Shown piece after piece: positions 49,901 to 52,817 of a stretch of DNA of 52,817 bases. The notes under the pieces are model-generated. The model was given only the letters and a program-made list of their open reading frames with translations, ran no database searches and had not been told where the DNA came from. Origin of the DNA: Acidobacteriota bacterium (GTDB taxonomy: Bacteria; Acidobacteriota; Thermoanaerobaculia; Multivoradales; JAHEKO01); assembly GCA_030597375.1 (NCBI GenBank), contig JAUVRX010000001.1:1-52817 (forward strand), read 5' to 3'. Both the position numbers and the translations under genes were made by a program. Every line of letters begins with the position of its first letter. The first letter of the stretch is position 1.

Positions 49901-52381
49901 TCAGTTCTGGATGGGCAGAACTGGCTCTCGTCTCTTCTTGGGAGGACTGGCCGAGCTTGCTTTCGACCTTTCCTTCTCGAGAATCTGCATGGTCTCCTCG
50001 ACCTCCTTCGCGGTCACCTGCCGCAGCAAGGAGTCGAGCTCCGTCATGATGCGAGCGAACTTCTGACCTTCCGCCGCGGAGATCCACTCCAGTTGCAGCC
50101 GCTCTGGACGGATTCCCAGCTTCTCCATCTTGTTCCAGATCTTCTCCACCCGTCGCTGCGTCCAGGTCACCGCGTCGATGTAGTGGCAGTCGGTGAAGTG
50201 GCAGCCCGAAATCAACACCAATGGAGCTCCCCGCCTGAAAGCGTGCCAGATAAAAGCCTGATCGACCCGTCCACTGCACATGGTCCGAATGAGGCGAACG
50301 GAAGCCGGATACTGAAGCCGCGAGGTCCCGGCGTTGTCGCCGCCGGCGTAAGAGCACCAATTACAGGCGAAACCGACGATCTTCTGCAGGGGATTCTCGG
50401 CCAGGATGCCGTCGATCTGCGCCAGGACCTGGCTGTCGGTGAAGTGGCGCATGTCGATGGCATCGAAGGGGCATTCCGCGGCGCAAGTGCCACAGCCCGC
50501 ACAGGCGGCCTCGACAAAGTGTGGCAGGAGCCCCTTCTTCTTGTCGGCCGGCTCGATGGCGTGAAATGGGCAGACCCGAGCGCAGATCGTACAGAGCTGA
50601 CAACGGTCCGGATCGAGGGTCGCGGTAATGGCCTCGATTCGCACCTGCCCAGCACCCAATAGATTGGCTGCCCTGCCGGCAGCGGCCCCGGCTTGCGTGA
50701 CGGTGTCCTTGACGTCTTTCGGTGATTCGACGCAGCCGGCGAAGTAGACTCCTCGGGTCGGGGCATCCACCGGCTTCAGCTTCGGGTGAGCCTCCATCAC
50801 GAACCCATCGGAGGTGTGCGAGAGGCTCAGGATCTCGTCGATGCTGCGCTTGCCGTTACCGTTGGAGCGACGCGGTACCAGGCCCACCGCCAGGACCAGC
50901 ATGTCCAGATGGTGCTCCTCCAGCGCCCCGGTGAGCGTGTTCTCGACCTCGACGATGAGGTCTCCTCCCTCGGGTGCCTGCCTCACATTGCCGGGCAGAC
51001 CTCTCACGTATCGCACGCCCGCTTCACGGCTGCGCCGGTAGAGGTCTTCGAACCCCTTGCCGAACGCCCGGATATCCATGTAGTAGACCGTCGACCGGCT
51101 CTCCGGATAGTGATCCGCCAGTAGCAGCGTCTCCTTGATCGTGTTCATGCAACAGATATTCGAACAGTAGGGAACACCCCGTTGGAGCGACCGGGAGCCG
51201 ACGCACTGCACGAATCCGACATGCTTCGGCACCTTACGGTCGGAAGGCCGCACCAATTCACCATCGGTCGGGCCGCCAGCGTTGATCAGTCTCTCGAACT
51301 CCATGCTGGTAACGACGTTCGGAAATCGGGTATAGCCATACTCATCGTTCTGGCGCGGATCATAGACCTCCATTCCGGTGGCCACGACAACCGTTCCCAC
51401 CTCGAGATCCAGGAGCTCGTCCTTGGCGTCGAAGTCGATGCACTTCTTGTCGCAGACCTCGAGGCACTTGCCGCAGGCGATCGGGTTGAAACCCAGACAG
51501 GCTTCGCCGTCGAGGCTGAATGCCGAGGGTACGGCCTGGGGGAAGGGCAGGTAGATTGCCTTTCGCGACGACAGACCTTCCTGGTACGCGTCCGGAACCA
51601 CAACGGGGCAGACCTTCTCGCATTCGCCACAGGAAGTGCATTCATCGGTATCGACGTAGCGGGCTCGGCGCCGTACCTGGACGCGGTAGTTGCCGACGAA
51701 GCCCGTGATGTCCTCGACCTCGGAATCGACCAGTAACTCGATGCGGGGATGCCGACCGGCATCCATCATTTTAGGGCCGAGGATTCATATCGAGCAGTCC
51801 ATGGTCGGGAAGGTCTTGTCCAACGCGGCCATGATCCCGCCTATGGAAGGCTCCTTTTCCACCAGATAGACCTGGTGGCCACCATCCGCCAGCTCGAGAG
51901 CCGTCTGAATGCCAGCCACACCCCCGCCAATGACCAGTGCCGCGTCGGTCACAGGGAAGATCTTCTCGTCCTGGGGTTCGAGCATCCGAGACCGACCGAC
52001 CGCGCTGCGCACGAGATCTTTCGCCTTCTCGGTAGCTGCCTCGCGATCATGAATGTGAACCCAGCTGCAGTGCTCGCGGATATTGGCCATCTCGACCAGA
52101 TAGGGATTCAATCCGGCATCGGCAACACAGTTCCGGAACGTCGGCTCGTGGATCTTCGGGGTACACGAAGCCACGACGACGCGATTGAGGTCATACTCGG
52201 CGATGGCTTTCTTGATCTCGTTCTGGCCCGGATCGGCACAGGTGTAGCGATTGCGAACGACTGCCACCACGTCGGGCAGCTCACTGGCAAAGCGGGCAAC
52301 CTCCTCTGTATCCACCGTGCCGGCGATGTTCAAGCCGCAATCGCAAACGAAGACACCGATACGCAAGGCTTGGTCTGTCAT
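49901..52381 (-). CDS. hdrA: Heterodisulfide reductase subunit A fused to MvhD, with predicted selenocysteine at in-frame TGA (51787..51785); 826 aa read-through product
   Basis: ORFs 51785..52381 and 49901..51769 share a frame (the span is 2481 nt, or 827 codons). Junction [23 protein letters not shown] motif [16 protein letters not shown]. Several CxxCxxCxxxCP ferredoxin motifs. C-terminal MvhD domain [16 protein letters not shown]...CSGRV. Confidence 0.85.
51741..51769 (-). promoter_or_regulatory. SECIS-like stem-loop downstream of the hdrA TGA
   Basis: mRNA GGAUGCC-GGUC-GGCAUCC (51764..51747) starts 20 nt after the UGA. GGUC apical loop as in E. coli fdhF SECIS. Possible lower stem AUG/CAU (51769-51767 / 51743-51741) across an internal loop. 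Confidence 0.55.
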
Positions 52382-52396
52382 GAACCTCTCCTGTCT

Positions 52397-52817
52397 CTAG
52401 CGTTCCGACGGTGAGTCCTTCTCCGCTTCATCGTTGATCGTCAGCAGACTGGCAGCGAGGACCGTGAGATCCTCGACCTGAATCTCGGCCGCCTGCCGTT
52501 CGTTGCGCCGATCCTCGGCCTGGGCACATCGGAAGTGAATCAGGCACTTGGGGCAGGCGGTAACCAACCTCGAGGCACCGGTCGCTGCGGCGCTCGCCAA
52601 CCTCTGTGTCTGGAGCCTTCTGGAGTCCCGATTGCACTGAATGAACCCCGGGGTGCCGCAGCACTGTGCATCGACACCCGAGCGCTCCATCTCCACGACC
52701 TCACTGCCGGGCAGCGATGCCATGACCTGCCGAGGCGCATCGAAGACTCCCAACTGCCTTCCCAGCCTGCACGGATCGTGGAAGGTCATGGTGCCGGCCT
52801 CTCCAAGATGCCGAAAA
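52397..52817 (-). CDS. CCG-domain (HdrB/HdrD-type cysteine-rich) protein, 5'-partial (continues beyond the window)
   Basis: The reading frame stays open to the window edge. CCG-type motifs FHDPCRLGR...GVFDAPR and CCGTPG...ACPKCLIH. Lies 15 nt upstream of hdrA. Confidence 0.75.
   Translation of the reverse strand, partial: FRHLGEAGTMTFHDPCRLGRQLGVFDAPRQVMASLPGSEVVEMERSGVDAQCCGTPGFIQCNRDSRRLQTQRLASAAATGASRLVTACPKCLIHFRCAQAEDRRNERQAAEIQVEDLTVLAASLLTINDEAEKDSPSER

Noticed and set aside
51785-51787. TGA as a genuine stop separating two independent Hdr genes
   Set aside because: The downstream ORF would lack the first half of the FAD domain and would start only five codons after the stop, in the same frame. 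The TGA sits at a conserved Cys/Sec position, and a SECIS-like hairpin follows. This is not fully excluded without sel genes or read data.

Overview
GC-rich 52.8-kb bacterial chromosomal segment. OmpA-family proteins, lipoproteins and a MacAB-type exporter suggest a diderm organism. I call 43 protein-coding genes, one of them partial at the right edge. I found no rRNA, tRNA, CRISPR array, transposase, integrase or phage genes, so this reads as a core region rich in signalling genes rather than a mobile island. All family assignments come from motifs I recognise in the supplied translations; no searches or computations were run.

Gene content, left to right:
- DUF2911 / SPL-like radical SAM / small membrane protein cluster.
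- FHA-TM-trypsin-like protease followed by a DUF434 protein.
- FG-GAP and TPR/coiled-coil lipoproteins downstream of a histidine kinase / NtrC-type sigma-54 activator pair. This pair is divergent from a bactofilin-OmpA operon that carries a near-consensus sigma-54 promoter.
- Lipoprotein SAM methyltransferase.
- Ser/Thr kinase plus zinc-ribbon FHA protein.
- HpnB-like GT2 and a GGDEF cyclase.
- A bacterial Elp3 homologue.
- An RpoD-family sigma factor divergent from an orphan RsbW-like kinase.
- Arginase.
- PAS hybrid kinase.
- SDR.
- A five-gene minus-strand operon: exported Pcm, membrane-fused spermidine-synthase-like protein, cytidylate-kinase-like protein, CX4CX2C radical SAM, 622-aa thioester-reductase-like SDR.
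- Beta-propeller, NMO/FabK-like and PHP-type metallohydrolase genes.
- MacAB-like exporter.
- gdhA, followed by a receiver/PEP-utilising ATP-grasp protein.
- Two-subunit class I fumarase.
- An Hdr-like operon.

Most notable observations:
1. The two 'HdrA' ORFs are one hdrA-mvhD fusion gene interrupted by an in-frame TGA at the conserved DCSxC site. A SECIS-like GGUC-loop hairpin lies 20 nt downstream, so this is a probable selenocysteine.
2. The uncharacterised radical-SAM/reductase operon.
3. The sigma-54 promoter with paired upstream palindromes in front of the bactofilin gene.
4. A roughly 40-100-nt intergenic element present in two copies.
5. A 21-bp long-range inverted repeat at the left window edge.

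Start codons are hand-picked from RBS and motif context, and several remain uncertain.
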